From the NCBI GenBank assembly GCA_036785375.1, contig JAWMAR010000247.1, positions 1,302,001 to 1,366,000 of the forward strand: 64,000 nucleotides of DNA, given 5' to 3'. A model generated the notes under the pieces. That model ran no database searches, was not told the origin of the DNA, and saw only the letters and a list, made by a program, of their open reading frames with translations. The DNA is from Leucoraja ocellata. Lineage: Eukaryota. The translations under genes and the position numbers were made by a program. Shown here in pieces: positions 30,774 to 42,197 of this stretch (position 1 is the stretch's first letter; each line of letters begins with the position of its first letter).

Positions 30774-30869
30774 AGTCAAAGAAGGGTCTCGACCCGAAAC
30801 GTCACCCATTCCTTCTCTCCAGAGATGCTACCTGTCTCGCTGAGTTACTCCAACTTTTTGTGTCTATCG
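30774..30869 (+). mobile_element. 96-bp Penelope terminal-repeat insertion with a 10-bp TSD
   Basis: AGGGAGTAAG at 30764-30773 and 30870-30879. Body GAAGGGTCTCGACCCGAAACGTCACCCATTCC.. Confidence 0.85.
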
Positions 30870-31009
30870 AGGGAGTAAGGATATCTTAGTTAGTAATCTG
30901 GTGCCAAATGTAACTACAGGGAAGAAGTGGAACTCAAAGCAGGCAGTAGAAGAAGCACAAGAAGCTCTGAAGCATACGGACATTGTTGGTAGGGTGCAGC
31001 AAGGGAAAT

Positions 31010-33281
31010 AGGCTGTGGGCCGAGGACCTTTTTCGTTCAAGTTCATGACCCAACTCACGGAACTAGCTGAATTTTTAACATATTGTGTAAAAATATTATA
31101 TAAATCATACCTGAAACTCTCGTCAAGACCTAAACCTACACATTTTTTAAAAATATGAGGAAAAACCACAAATTTTCAGAGTAGTAATTGTTCAATCAAT
31201 GCACGTTTGACATTGAGGTCGGACGTAAATTGACCAATCCCACGCTTTGTTTTATGGTCGCTTGGCAGCGAGGACCCTGGGATCATGGCTGCCTCCTAAT
31301 TATCTCAAAACAATAACAAGGTTTCCAAGGAATAAAGGTAATGCTAACCTTGCTGATTATTTTGTTTTTCAATTGATTTATCTTTATAAAGTTATGATGT
31401 GAACTGTTAAATAAAAATGATAAATAACAAATGTAATAATAATAATAATAATATTTATTTATATAGCACTTTTCAACAAAACCAGTATTTGAACCAAAGT
31501 GCTTTACAGAGATTGATTAAATTAATTGAACAGATCAATGCAATAAATCCATACAAATCAAAAAAAAGAGAAAAAAGAGAATAAGAAAAAAGACACAGAA
31601 ACAGTACACTATAGAAATCAACATGAAACGTCCCCCCACAGCAGAATTCACTGTGAGGGAAGGCACCAAAAATATCCAGTTCTCCCCCTCATAGTCCACC
31701 CGAGGTCGGGGCCTATATCTGGCCTCCTCAGCCAACCCGGTGTCTTCAGGCCCTCCTGCCGCGAAGCTGGATCATCGGCGTCGGTGAACATCCATCAGCG
31801 GCCTGGACTGAAGCGGCCGCTTCCCGACGCGAAGACTGCAACGACCAAAGTTCACAGGCCGCGCCGGCCGAACCCCCGACTCTGGCGATCTCGGATCCCA
31901 GGCTCCGCGGTGCTGTCGACGGTCACAGTGCACCGGAGCTTACCGCAAGGCGACCCGGTAAGGCATCGCCCGCTCCTTGTAGGTGTCCCAGCATCTACAC
32001 CGCCGTCGAAGCTGCAGTCCCAGCAGGAAACGCCGCTCCAGCGCTGCTCCAGTTCGTTCGTAGGCCGCACAGAGAGGACGAAGATGCGGTTCGGAGAAAA
32101 ACCGCATCTCCGACCAGGTAGGACTGGGGTTAAAAATAATTTCCCCCTTCCCCTCCCCCACCCACCACATAAAAGAAGACCTCCAAGAAACACCTCATAT
32201 TAACAGGACTAAAAATAAAAATAAATAAGGGTGAAAGGACGGACTGCAGGAGGAGCAGCCATACACAACGGCGCATCACCCCCGCAGTCCGCCATCTTGA
32301 ATGTAGAGCTAGGGTTAGGATTAGGATTTTGGTTGGTCGGTCAGTCAGTCTGTTGGTAGGCCGATGGATGCTGTGGAGGATCGTTCGGGCTGTCGGGCCG
32401 CCGGTGGGTGCTGAGAGTGGTCGGACGGCCGGTGGAGGCTGCGAGTGGTCAGACTGCCGGTGGGGGCTGCGAGTGGTCAGACGGCCGGTGGGGGCTGCGA
32501 GTGGTCAGTCAGGCTGTCGATAGGCTGGTGTTGCAGCGAGCGAGCAGACGGACTGACGGAGCCGGTGCTATGGGGTGCTGAAGGTGGCCCGGGCGGCGTG
32601 CAGTGCAGGGCAGTGCTGCTCCCCACCACGATGATCGAGAAGGGCATGCTGGCCGAGGTGGACGCGCTGCGAGCCCACACGTACGGAGGCGGCAGCCAGT
32701 CCCAAAACGGCTCCAGCTCCAGCCGTGGGCAGCTCTGGAAGGGGGGCGAGTTTTCCTGTAAGTCGAAGAAGCACTTAGCCTACCCCCAAGCCTGGCACAC
32801 TGGCAGTCCGTGGGGTTCAGTAAATGGGGGAAACCACTGGAACTGTCCTCACCCATTAAATAGACTGGATCAGGAGCTGGACCTCTGGGGCACTCTCATT
32901 CAAAACACCCACTCACAATTATATTCATTGTATTATTTTTATATAATATAATTATACATAATTATATATGATTACAGTCATATTGACGTCATATATATGA
33001 CGTATATATATATATGGTATAACAATAGATGGTTTAAATAGGCCGCAGCACGGAATTAGGCTCCCCATGGTGTAATATGGGCATCGGACACTAGATGGCG
33101 GTTACCTTTTCGATCGCATGTTCTAATTATAATTAATTAATGTGCAACTTTTGGCACTGACGAGTTATGACTTCCTTCTCAATTAGATTTTATCTAAATC
33201 TATGCAAAATTTCATGTACTTCCAAGACATAGGTCACGAAAGTTAAATTCTAGACACATTTTCGATGCTCAGCCCACAGCT
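31010..33281. mobile_element. Non-autonomous TIR DNA transposon with nested repeats
   Basis: GCTGTGGGCCGAG at 31012 and CTCAGCCCACAGC at 33268-33280 form imperfect TIRs. Interrupts the HERO-like ORF. Confidence 0.55.
31433..32302 (-). mobile_element. Non-autonomous retroelement with a 5' AAGATGGCG start, GC-rich body and L2-type (ATT)n tail
   Basis: Minus strand starts CAAGATGGCGGAC and ends GTAAAGCACTTTG..GAAAAGTGCTATATAAATAAATATTATTATT. Related pieces at 51190-51530, 62123-62455 and 1268-1845. Confidence 0.65.
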
Positions 33282-34224
33282 CAGCACAGGGAAACCAGTG
33301 TGGAGTATGGTAGGTCCAACAGAGAGAAGGAAATTGGTTGTAGAGCAGGTACGTCTTCATGAGAAGGCAGTGAGATGTGTAAGGGCAGTAGCTTAGGTTA
33401 AGCAGGGACAGTGGATGAACTGGGAAAGTGTAGAAAAGAGGATTAGCTGGATGGACCTGTGGTGCATGGAGGCGGGTCTTGTAAGTTTCCTTACACGGGC
33501 AATTTATAATGTGCTGCCATCACCGCAGAACATTAAACAATGGATAGGTGGGGACCCGGCGTGTCCCTTGTGTTCAGAGGTGGCAACGTTGAGGCATATT
33601 TTATCAGGATGTAGGTCTAGGGTCGGTATACTTGGCGTCATAACTAGGTATTAAAGTGCATAGCTGCAGCAATTGAGAGGAGTACAGATAAATTCAGTAG
33701 GTATCAGGACTGGGAGTGTAGCAATTTGTTTTGTCAGTGAGGGAGGGAAAGGTAGAGGAGGGACGTTTGCAGATAGGTATGAGTCAGGCCAGTAACAGGG
33801 AGCCAATGATTGGGAGATGTGGGTAGATTTCATTGTCCTATCTTGGACACATGACAATAAACTCTCTTGAATCTTGATTTAAGAGGAAAGCTTGTTGTGT
33901 TGCAGGAAATAATTACCACTAGTTTGAGGCCTGATATATCATATGGTTAGTTAGTCTGCGGATAATGTATTTTATAGAACTGACGGTGCCTTGGGAGAAC
34001 TTAGTGGATGATGCTTATGAAAGGAAAAGGCTTAGATATGTAGAGTTGGCAGCAGAAGTTGAGCAGCGAGGATGAAGAGCAAGAGTACGTCCAGTAGAAG
34101 TGGGTTGTAGCAGTTTCATAGCGAGATCAACCACGTCACTGTTTGGAGCATTTGGAATTCGCGGACAGAGTTTGCGTCAGGCTGTAAAGCAAATGTCAGT
34201 GGCAGCAGAGCAATGCAATAGGTA

Positions 34225-36660
34225 GATTTGCTGGAGAAGGTAATACTACGGTTATTTTGGGGAATTTCATCATGCAGGTAGACTGGGTAAATCAGGTTGG
34301 TACTGGACCCCAAGAAAGATAGTTTGTGGAGTGCCTCCGTGATGGATTCTTAAAGTAGCTTGTGTTGGAGCATACCAGGCTGAAGGCATTTCTGGATTTA
34401 GTGTTGTGTAATGAACCAGATTTGATAACGGAACTTGAGGTTAAGAAGCTTTAAGGAGGTAGTGACCATAATATGATGTTTTAATCTACAATTTGAGAGG
34501 GAGAAGGGTAAACGGAGGGGTCAGTGTTACAATTGAACAAAGGGGACTATGGAGCCATGAGGGAGGAGCTGGCCAAAGTTGACTGGAAAGATACCCTAGC
34601 AGGGATGATAGTAGAACAACAATGGCAGGTATTTCTGGGAATAATACAGAAGGTGCAGGATCAGTTCATTCCAAAGAGGAAGAAAGATTCCAAGGGGAGT
34701 AAGGGGCAAAGGAAGTCAGGGACAGTATAAAAAGAAAAGAGAAGAAGTACAACATAGCAAAGATGGGAAGCCAGAGGATTGGGTAACGTTTAAAGAGCAA
34801 CAGAAGATAACTAAAAAGCCAACACAGGGAGAAAAGATGAGGTGCGAAGGTAAGCTAGCCAAGAATATAAAGGAGGATAGTAAAAGCTTTGTTTAGGTAT
34901 GTGAAGAGGAAAAATTAGTTAAGACCAAAGACCTTGAAGACTGAAACGGGTGAATTTATTATGGGGAACAAGGAAATGGCAGATGAGTTGAACAGGTACT
35001 TTGATCCGTCTTCACTAAGGAGGACACAAACAATCTTCCTGATGTACTAGTGGCCAGAGGATCTGGGGTGACGGAGGAACAGAAGGAAATCCACATTAGG
35101 CAGGAAATGGTGTTGGGTAGACTGATGGGACTGAATGCTGATAAATTCCCTGGGTATTTAAAGGAAGTGGCTCTAGAAATTGTGGACGCATTGGTGATCA
35201 TTTTCCAATGTTCTGTAGATTCAGGATCAGTTCCTGTGGATTGGAGGGTAGCTAATGTTAGCCCAATTTTTAAGAAAGGTGGGAATGACAAAACAGGGAA
35301 TTATAGACCAGTTAGCCTGACATCGGTGGTGGGGAATATGCTGGAGTCAATCATAAAAGATAAAATAGTGGCATATTTGGATAGCAGTAACAGGATCGGT
35401 CCGAGTCTGCATAGACTTACGAAGGGAAAATCATGCTCAACTAATCTTCTGGATTTTTTTGAGGATGTAACTAGGAAAATGGACAAGGGAGAGCCAGTGG
35501 ATGTGGTGTACCTGGACTTTCAGAAAGCATTTGATAAGGTCCCACATACGAAATTAGTGGGCAAAATCAGGGCACATGGTATTAGGGGTAGACTGCTGAC
35601 ATGGATAGAAAATTGGTTGGCAGACAGGCAACACAGAGTAAGGATTAACGGGTCCCTTTCAGAATGGCAGGCAGTGACTAGTGGGTGCTGGGACCGCAGC
35701 TATTTACAATATACATCAATGATTTGAATGAAGGGATTCAAAGTAACATTAGCAAATTTGCAGATGACATAAAGCTGGGTGGCACTGTGAGGAGGATGCT
35801 ATGAGAATGCAGGGTGACTTGGACAGGTTGGGAGAGTGGGCAGATGCATGGCAGATGAAGTTTAATGTGGACAAATGTAAGGTTATCCACTTTGGGATCA
35901 AAAACAGGAAGGCAGATTACTATCTAAACGTTGGGAAAAGGGGAAGTACAACGGGAACGGGGGGTCCTTGGTCATCAGTGTATGAAAGTAAGCATGCAGG
36001 TACAGTAGGTGAAGAAAGCGAATGGCATGTTGGCCTTTATAACAAGAGGAGTCGCGTATAGGAGCAAAGAGGTCCTTCTGCAGTTGTACAGAGCCCTAGT
36101 GAGACCACACCTGGAGTATTGTGTGCAGTTTTGGTCCCCTAATTTGAGGAAGGACATTCTTGCTATTGAGGGAGTGCAGCGTAGGTTTACAAGGTTAATT
36201 CCCGGGATGGCGTGACTGTCATATGTTGAGAGAATGGAGCAGCTGGGCTTGTACACTCTGGAGTTCAGAAGGATGAGAGGGCATCTCATTGAAACACATA
36301 AGATCGTTAAGGCTTTGGACACGCTAGAGGCAGGAAACGTGCTCCCGATGTTGGGGGAGTCCAGAACCAGGGGCCACAGTTTAAGAATAAGGAGTAAGCC
36401 ATTTAGAACGGAGACAAGGAAACACTTTTTCTCACAAAGAATTGTGAGTCTGTGGAATTCTCTGCCTCAGAGGACGGTGGAGGCCGGTTCTCTGGATACT
36501 TTCAAGAGAGAGCTAGATAGGGCTCTTAAAGATAGCAGAGTCAGGGGATATGGGGAGAACGCAGGAATGGGGTACTGATAGGAGATGATCAGCCGTGATC
36601 ACATTGAATGTGCTGGCTCGAAGGGCCGAATGGCCTACTCCTGCACCTATTGTCTATTGA
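34225..36660 (+). mobile_element. CR1-clade LINE (endonuclease C-terminus, RT and 3' tail), degenerate
   Basis: ILGNF..VDW; ILDLVLCN; WRVANVSPIFKKG..GNYRPVSLTSVVG; DVVYLDFQKAFDKVPH; [18 protein letters not shown]; tail GGCCGAATGGCCTACTCCTGCACCTATTGTCTATTG. Confidence 0.92.
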
Positions 36661-38240
36661 ATGTGGCCCGCAACCCAAAATCATCCGGCCCGCAGGCGTT
36701 TTGTTTTTCCGGTAATCATCCGGCCCGCATACTTCCTTCATCTCCGATACCTCCCGAGCCCGAAGCGCCCAGGCGCGGTGACGCAAGGAGGCCTGTGCTT
36801 GCGGCTGCAATTGTGGAGTGGCCGAGTGCTGGCTGTATCGCATCCTGCGCAAAGCCGCCAGCATCGCCACACACCTTCTGTGTCTGGGCTTCGCTGTCGG
36901 GATAGTTTGTCAATAGGCTGGGGACAAGTGAATGGGAGTATTTGAGCCATCGCCTTCAGGACAGACAAAGCGGTGGGATCTATGGGAACATGTGATTTGA
37001 TGCCTGCCATCCGGGGCGAGATGATGTGAACATATGATAGATGTGGCCCGCCATCCGTTCAGACATGCGTTACGGCCCCTATGTAGAACAAGGTGCCCAC
37101 TTGATAACCCCAATGATGTACAGGATTTGTTGGGGGTGGGTTTAAACAATTAAAATGTAGGCAGCTGGGGTTTTTTTGCATTTGAAGACATTTATTGTAA
37201 GTTGGTGTATTTAGGTAGATGATACTTTGGTTTTGGGCTTGGTTTTCTTAGTTGAGCATTTATCCTGGAGTTATAGCACCAAGTACTTTGTGTTTTAATT
37301 GTAATTTAGGAGTTCATCTACAACTGTAATTTTTTCTTGTCTAGTTCTGGAGACTTCCCAACAGAGTTCTCCAAATAGTATACACAAGAATCTTTGAATA
37401 TTTTCAAGGATGAGATAAATTAACAATAAACATTGAGATTAAAGATTTTTTAAAGTAGGCAGGTTTGCAGAGTTGAAATTGCAATTTGATTAGTTGCAAC
37501 CTGTACAAGTTCGAAGCACAGAACATTTGTAAATAAAGGGTAAAACATAATCCAACATGAATATTCAAAGATCCAGGATGAGATTTATCAGTACAAACAT
37601 TTTTGAGTCAATATATTTTTCTAGAGACCTAGAGCAGCATCTTCCAATTAACCCCATGTATTGAAATACTGATTAAAAAAAAGGTTTTGTGATTCCTGTA
37701 CACAGTTGTAAAACAAAGTATTTGCAAATACAGATCAACAAATATATTGTAATGGAGACGCAAGTAACTGCAGGAACTGGTTTCCAAAAAAAGACAAAGT
37801 GCTGAAGTACCTCAACAAGTCAGGCAGCATCTCTGGAGACCATGAAGTTTGGGGTCAGGACCTCCCCAACCCCAAAGGTCATCTCTCCATGTTCTCCAGA
37901 GATGTTGCTTGACCAACTAAAACTGGTTTGTTTAGTTATATTATTATGTGCTTATGAATTCCTGCTAATTTTATGATACATACATCATTTTATTCACCAG
38001 TCTAGATTTAATTCATCTTAGATCACGTTTTATGGATTCGACGTTTATGTACATGCTAATACTCTAAAATTAATTGGAGAACAAGATGAACCTTTTCCAA
38101 TTAGTTTCCACGCTCATGAAACCATTTCCAATGTAGTTTAACTAGTCCCCATGTTCTATTCTCCCACTTCCTTAAAAGTTGTCGTTATCCAATAATTCTC
38201 ATTCCACCAATGAAATATCCTTTCTCTCCAGATGCCACCT

Positions 38241-38310
38241 TCTTCTTCTTCTTGCATATGGCGTGCACAGCCTAAAGTTGTAGGATAACTTGTTCTATTT
38301 GATCGTATTT
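38241..38310 (-). mobile_element. 5'-truncated copy (C) of the ribozyme-headed SINE; lacks the ribozyme
   Basis: 11-bp TSD AGATGCCACCT (38230-38240, 38311-38321). Matches only the 3' half and (GAA)n tail of 21279-21426. Confidence 0.88.
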
Positions 38311-38654
38311 AGATGCCACCTAACCCGCTGTTTAGTGTCACGCGTACCTATGCACCGTGAAAAGCTTTTTTTTCCCCCAACACTTTGTGTTTTGATCTTG
38401 ATTCCAGTGCCTCTCTTATCCACAATGAAATGTAGTTCTGATTACTTCCGAAGAAGGATCTCGACCCGAAACGTCACCCATTCCTTCTCTCGAGATGCTG
38501 CTCTCCGGACGTGCTCCAGCTTTTTGTGCCTATCTCTGATTTACGTAGCTCTGTATAAGCAATCAGAAGCTGAATGCCTGGTTGCACACAGGAAAGCAAC
38601 TTCGTCGTTAGATTGAGGCCCAAATTGACCCTGATCTCCTCTGTGCTTTCTCAC

Positions 38655-38691
38655 CTGTGCTATCGGCCACACCGCCGACCGACGCCGCCAT
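38655..38691 (-). CDS. OGT: OGT exon 1 coding part (MAASVGGVADST-G)
   Basis: ATGGCGGCGTCGGTCGGCGGTGTGGCCGATAGCACAG|gtgaga, 37 nt, phase 1; resembles human MASSVGNVADST. Not in the ORF track. Confidence 0.95.
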
Positions 38692-39345
38692 TTGCCTGTC
38701 CGGGGTTTCCTCGTTCCGGGCCGCTTCCACTAGGGGAGAGTTTTCCTTCCGATCAGAGGGTACGCCCGAAGCCAAGGGCCCAGACACTATGAAAAGGCCT
38801 TCGCTTTATACTCTTCCTCCCACAACACTCCGTTACCACGGACCCGTGTCCACTAATAACCCGATTTTCGACCACAATTTCTCTGTTCCTATTGCCACAT
38901 TGCCGATGCCCGGCCCTGAATGATGCTCGCACCGAGACTGTAAACTCGCCGTCACCTCCGGGGAGCTGGCGTTAGCTCCGGACTACTTTCACAGCAAAGA
39001 GTCCTCAATCTCACGAAACAATAACCCCGTCGCTTTAACGCCAATGTTCAAATTTCTGCCCCTTATCCGATGAATTTGTTTTCACTACTGAGAATCCAAG
39101 CAATGTGATTTTCCTGTTCTGAACGGATTAATTAATTTCACAATTCATAACCTTTTCGCGGAAGGGGCTTGGCATTATAAACATGAAAGTTGCCTCTTCC
39201 CACTGCTTTACCAGTTGGTATCGCTGCGCGGTAGCATTGCGACGGTCTGGTCATCGCATGCGCAACAAAGGTGATTGTGTGGAAAAGTCCAGAATGTTCG
39301 TGCCACCGCCGCGGTCGCCATGTTGTGACGGAGGATGCCGACCAA
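38692..39345 (-). promoter_or_regulatory. OGT: OGT 5' UTR and CpG-rich promoter
   Basis: CpG-dense, no recognisable TE, upstream of the ATG. NRF1-like TCGCATGCGCA (39254-39264), YY1-like CGCCATGTT (39316-39324), ZNF143/THAP11-like ACTACTTTCACAGC (38982-38995). Confidence 0.65.
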
Positions 39346-41728
39346 GGGCCTTGTTTTAAAAAACAATGACAACAAAAATAACCAACGCTTGAATTTTATT
39401 TTATATTTTTAAACACACCACTTTAGAGATTTTGAAATGAATGAATGCACCAATGAGGATGGTAAATATAGGATCAATATATATGTAGCAGAAATACTGT
39501 AAATTAATTGCGGCGACACTGGATCAACTATAAGATGTCGGAAGGAAGTGCAGACGTTGGTTTAAACGAGCTTGACTGCAAGGTGCCCTGATTTGATAGA
39601 AAAACAAATATTCGTCCTCCAAGCAGCCTTCCCCTTCTTAAAAACAAAAATGGGTGCAGGAGTAGCAGCACCGCCATTGAATATGATCATGGCTGATAAG
39701 TACCCCGTTCCTGCGTTTTACCCCCGTCTACCTTGAACGTATACCTTTAACTCCAAGAGCATGAAACCACGTTGGAATAAGGTAAATGGAAGCAGGATAT
39801 ATAACACTTCTTAAATAAAATTAAAAATCTGCAAATACTCAGCAAGTAAGGTAGCAAATGGGGAAGGAGAAATTCTGCAGACTCCAAAAAACTGCTGATA
39901 CTGGAATAGGGGGGAGACCATTCCATTAATCTGAGAAAGGGTCCCAACCTGAAACATCATGGTCCATTCCTTCCACCGATGCTGCATGACCCAATAAGTT
40001 CCTCTCACACTGATATGTTCAAGGAAATTCAGCATTTTAAACCAATTTCTACAGATGCATCAAAGATAATCCTATCCAAATGCATCACAGTTAGGTTTGG
40101 CAACTGCTCTGTCCAAGACTGCAAGAAATTGCAGAGAATTGTGAGTGCAGCTCAGTCCATCACAACACACCTTCCCACCCATATCTATACTTAATACCCT
40201 TACATCATTCTCTCTTCTTCCCTCTCTTGTCAGACAAGATACAAAAACTTAAAAATGAAAAAAAATGAAATGATTCAATTTATTGTCATTGTCAGTGTAC
40301 AGTACAGAGACAACGAAATGCATTTTTAGCATCTCCCTTGACACGTATTACCAGATTTAGGGCCCGCTATTATCACTCTTGAATGGATGTCTCATATTTG
40401 GATAAGTTCCTGATATTCCAATCTACTTTGTTATGGCCATTAAACTTTAAAAAAAACTGGACTTTCTCTGCTGGCTCGAAGGGCCGAATGGCCTACTCCT
40501 GCACCTATTGTCTATTGTCTACTTGATGTAATATTTTATGGTATGATTTTCCTGGATAGCAGACAAAACAAATGTTTCCTCTGTATTTCACTACACGAGA
40601 CAATTTAAATAAAAAAATCAAAATGTTTTGGAAATACCTTGTAGGCTATGTGATTTTCCACAAAGAGGGCAGTGTCATTTGGAAAAAGCTTATGGTGGAA
40701 GTATATGCTATGGTAACTGTTTAAAGGCATTCAATCAGGCACAGACATTATGAACTGAAGTGCTTGGATAGGAAAGGCAGAGAGAAATTTGGTTCCAATA
40801 CTGACAAATAGGATTAGCATAGAGAGGCATCACAGTTGACAGATGTGCGGATGCAAACTTTGTAAATACTTGAATTATTTGCTTATATAAAACATATGGC
40901 ACATAGGCAGAACAGCACATGTACAGGCCCTTCAGCCTCCTAAAATAACCCAATCAAGTTAGTAAGGCATAAACTGTCATGGACAAAGCAATGTTGTATA
41001 ATTATTGCATTCTCTTCCAAATGGGAGTGAATCCTTTTCCAAATAATCCTCTCCAAGAGCAGCCCTCCTCCATTGACATGAGGTTCGCCATCCTATAATC
41101 CTTGGATGATCCTCACTTCCCTCCTGAAACATTAGTTACTCTCCAGTCTTCTGGGCCTGTGGCTAGAGAGAGGATTCAAGAATCTGTGTCATGGATCCTG
41201 CAATCTTCACCCTCGACTCTAAACAATGTGGGATAGATCCCATCAGGCCCTGGGGATTTATTCACCTTAATGTTTTTTCAGGACACAGCACCACAGACAC
41301 AGCATTCTTAATCTCAAACTGCCCTCGCATATTAGTATCTCACACTGATCCCACTATCCTCCATGTCCCTCACCTTAGTGAATACAGATGCAAAGTACTT
41401 GTTTAGTTTATCGCTGACATCCTCTGACTAACCATAAATTCTCTCTATTATCCTTGACTGATTTGACCTTCTCCCTGGTTACCCTCTTGATTTTTAATGT
41501 ACATATATAAAAAGCCTTGGGATTTAAAAAAATCTGATTTGTCAATAACAGAATGGGCAGAGGGGCCATGACAATTGCCTGCTTGACCCACTCTGCTCTT
41601 TTTTATAATCCTCAAAGGCTTTTTCTCAATATTTGCCACCTCTGGTCACCCGAGCTTCCCTCACCTTACCATCCTTATCCCTCCAACCAACTGAAATTTA
41701 AACAACTTCCACATGTCTGAACACAAAT

Positions 41729-42197
41729 TCAATTAAATTCAACTTTATTGTCATTGCACAAATACGAGTACAGGTACAACGAAATGCAGTTTAGCGTCTG
41801 GTCATAGTGCAAGATAGTAGAAATAAAAATACTGGTTAACAATGTGTGGACTGTGGATGAATGGTACATAGGCAAATAAATGTATACGAATGGGAGAGTA
41901 TAAAAGATAGCTAGCGATGGGACTGAGTTCAGCAGTGTAATCGTGTTATTGAAAAAGCTGTTCCTCAGCCTGCTTGTGCAAGACCTGAGGCTCCTGTACC
42001 GCTTCCCTGATGGGAGGAGGGCAAATAGTCCAGGATTAGGGTGAGAGGGGTCCTTGATGATTTTCCCGGCCCGTCTCAGACACCGTTTGCAGTGGAGGGC
42101 ATCCATAGCAGGGAGCGGGGCACCGATGATGTGCTGAGCGGTTTTCACCACCTGTTGCAGTGCCTTCCTGTCAGCTGTGGTGCAGCTGCCGTACCAA
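41729..42197 (-). mobile_element. Rex1/Babar-like LINE 3' fragment, head-to-head with the next element
   Basis: WYGSCTTADRKALQQVVKTAQHII..DPSHPNPGLFALLPSGKRYRS..RLRNSFF. Confidence 0.85.

Larger units (their letters stand above)
30330..34225 (+). mobile_element. Degenerate RLE-type (HERO-like) non-LTR retrotransposon split by nested insertions
   Basis: RT AYMDDMTLV..WARLMIKPSKSRSISL (30470-30770). Zn knuckle CPLCSEVATLRHILSGC (~33560). Restriction-like endonuclease TSLRPDI..IELTVPWE..AYERKRLRY (~33920-34040). Confidence 0.75.

Noticed and set aside
32311-32326. AGGGTTAGGATTAGG telomere-like motif
   Set aside because: Only 2-3 degenerate units inside a repeat; not an interstitial telomeric array.
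32630-32690. Peptide MIEKGMLAEVDALRA, faintly like MiaA/TRIT1
   Set aside because: Only ~15 residues with no flanking similarity, inside a nested repeat; chance match likely. A BLASTX would settle it.
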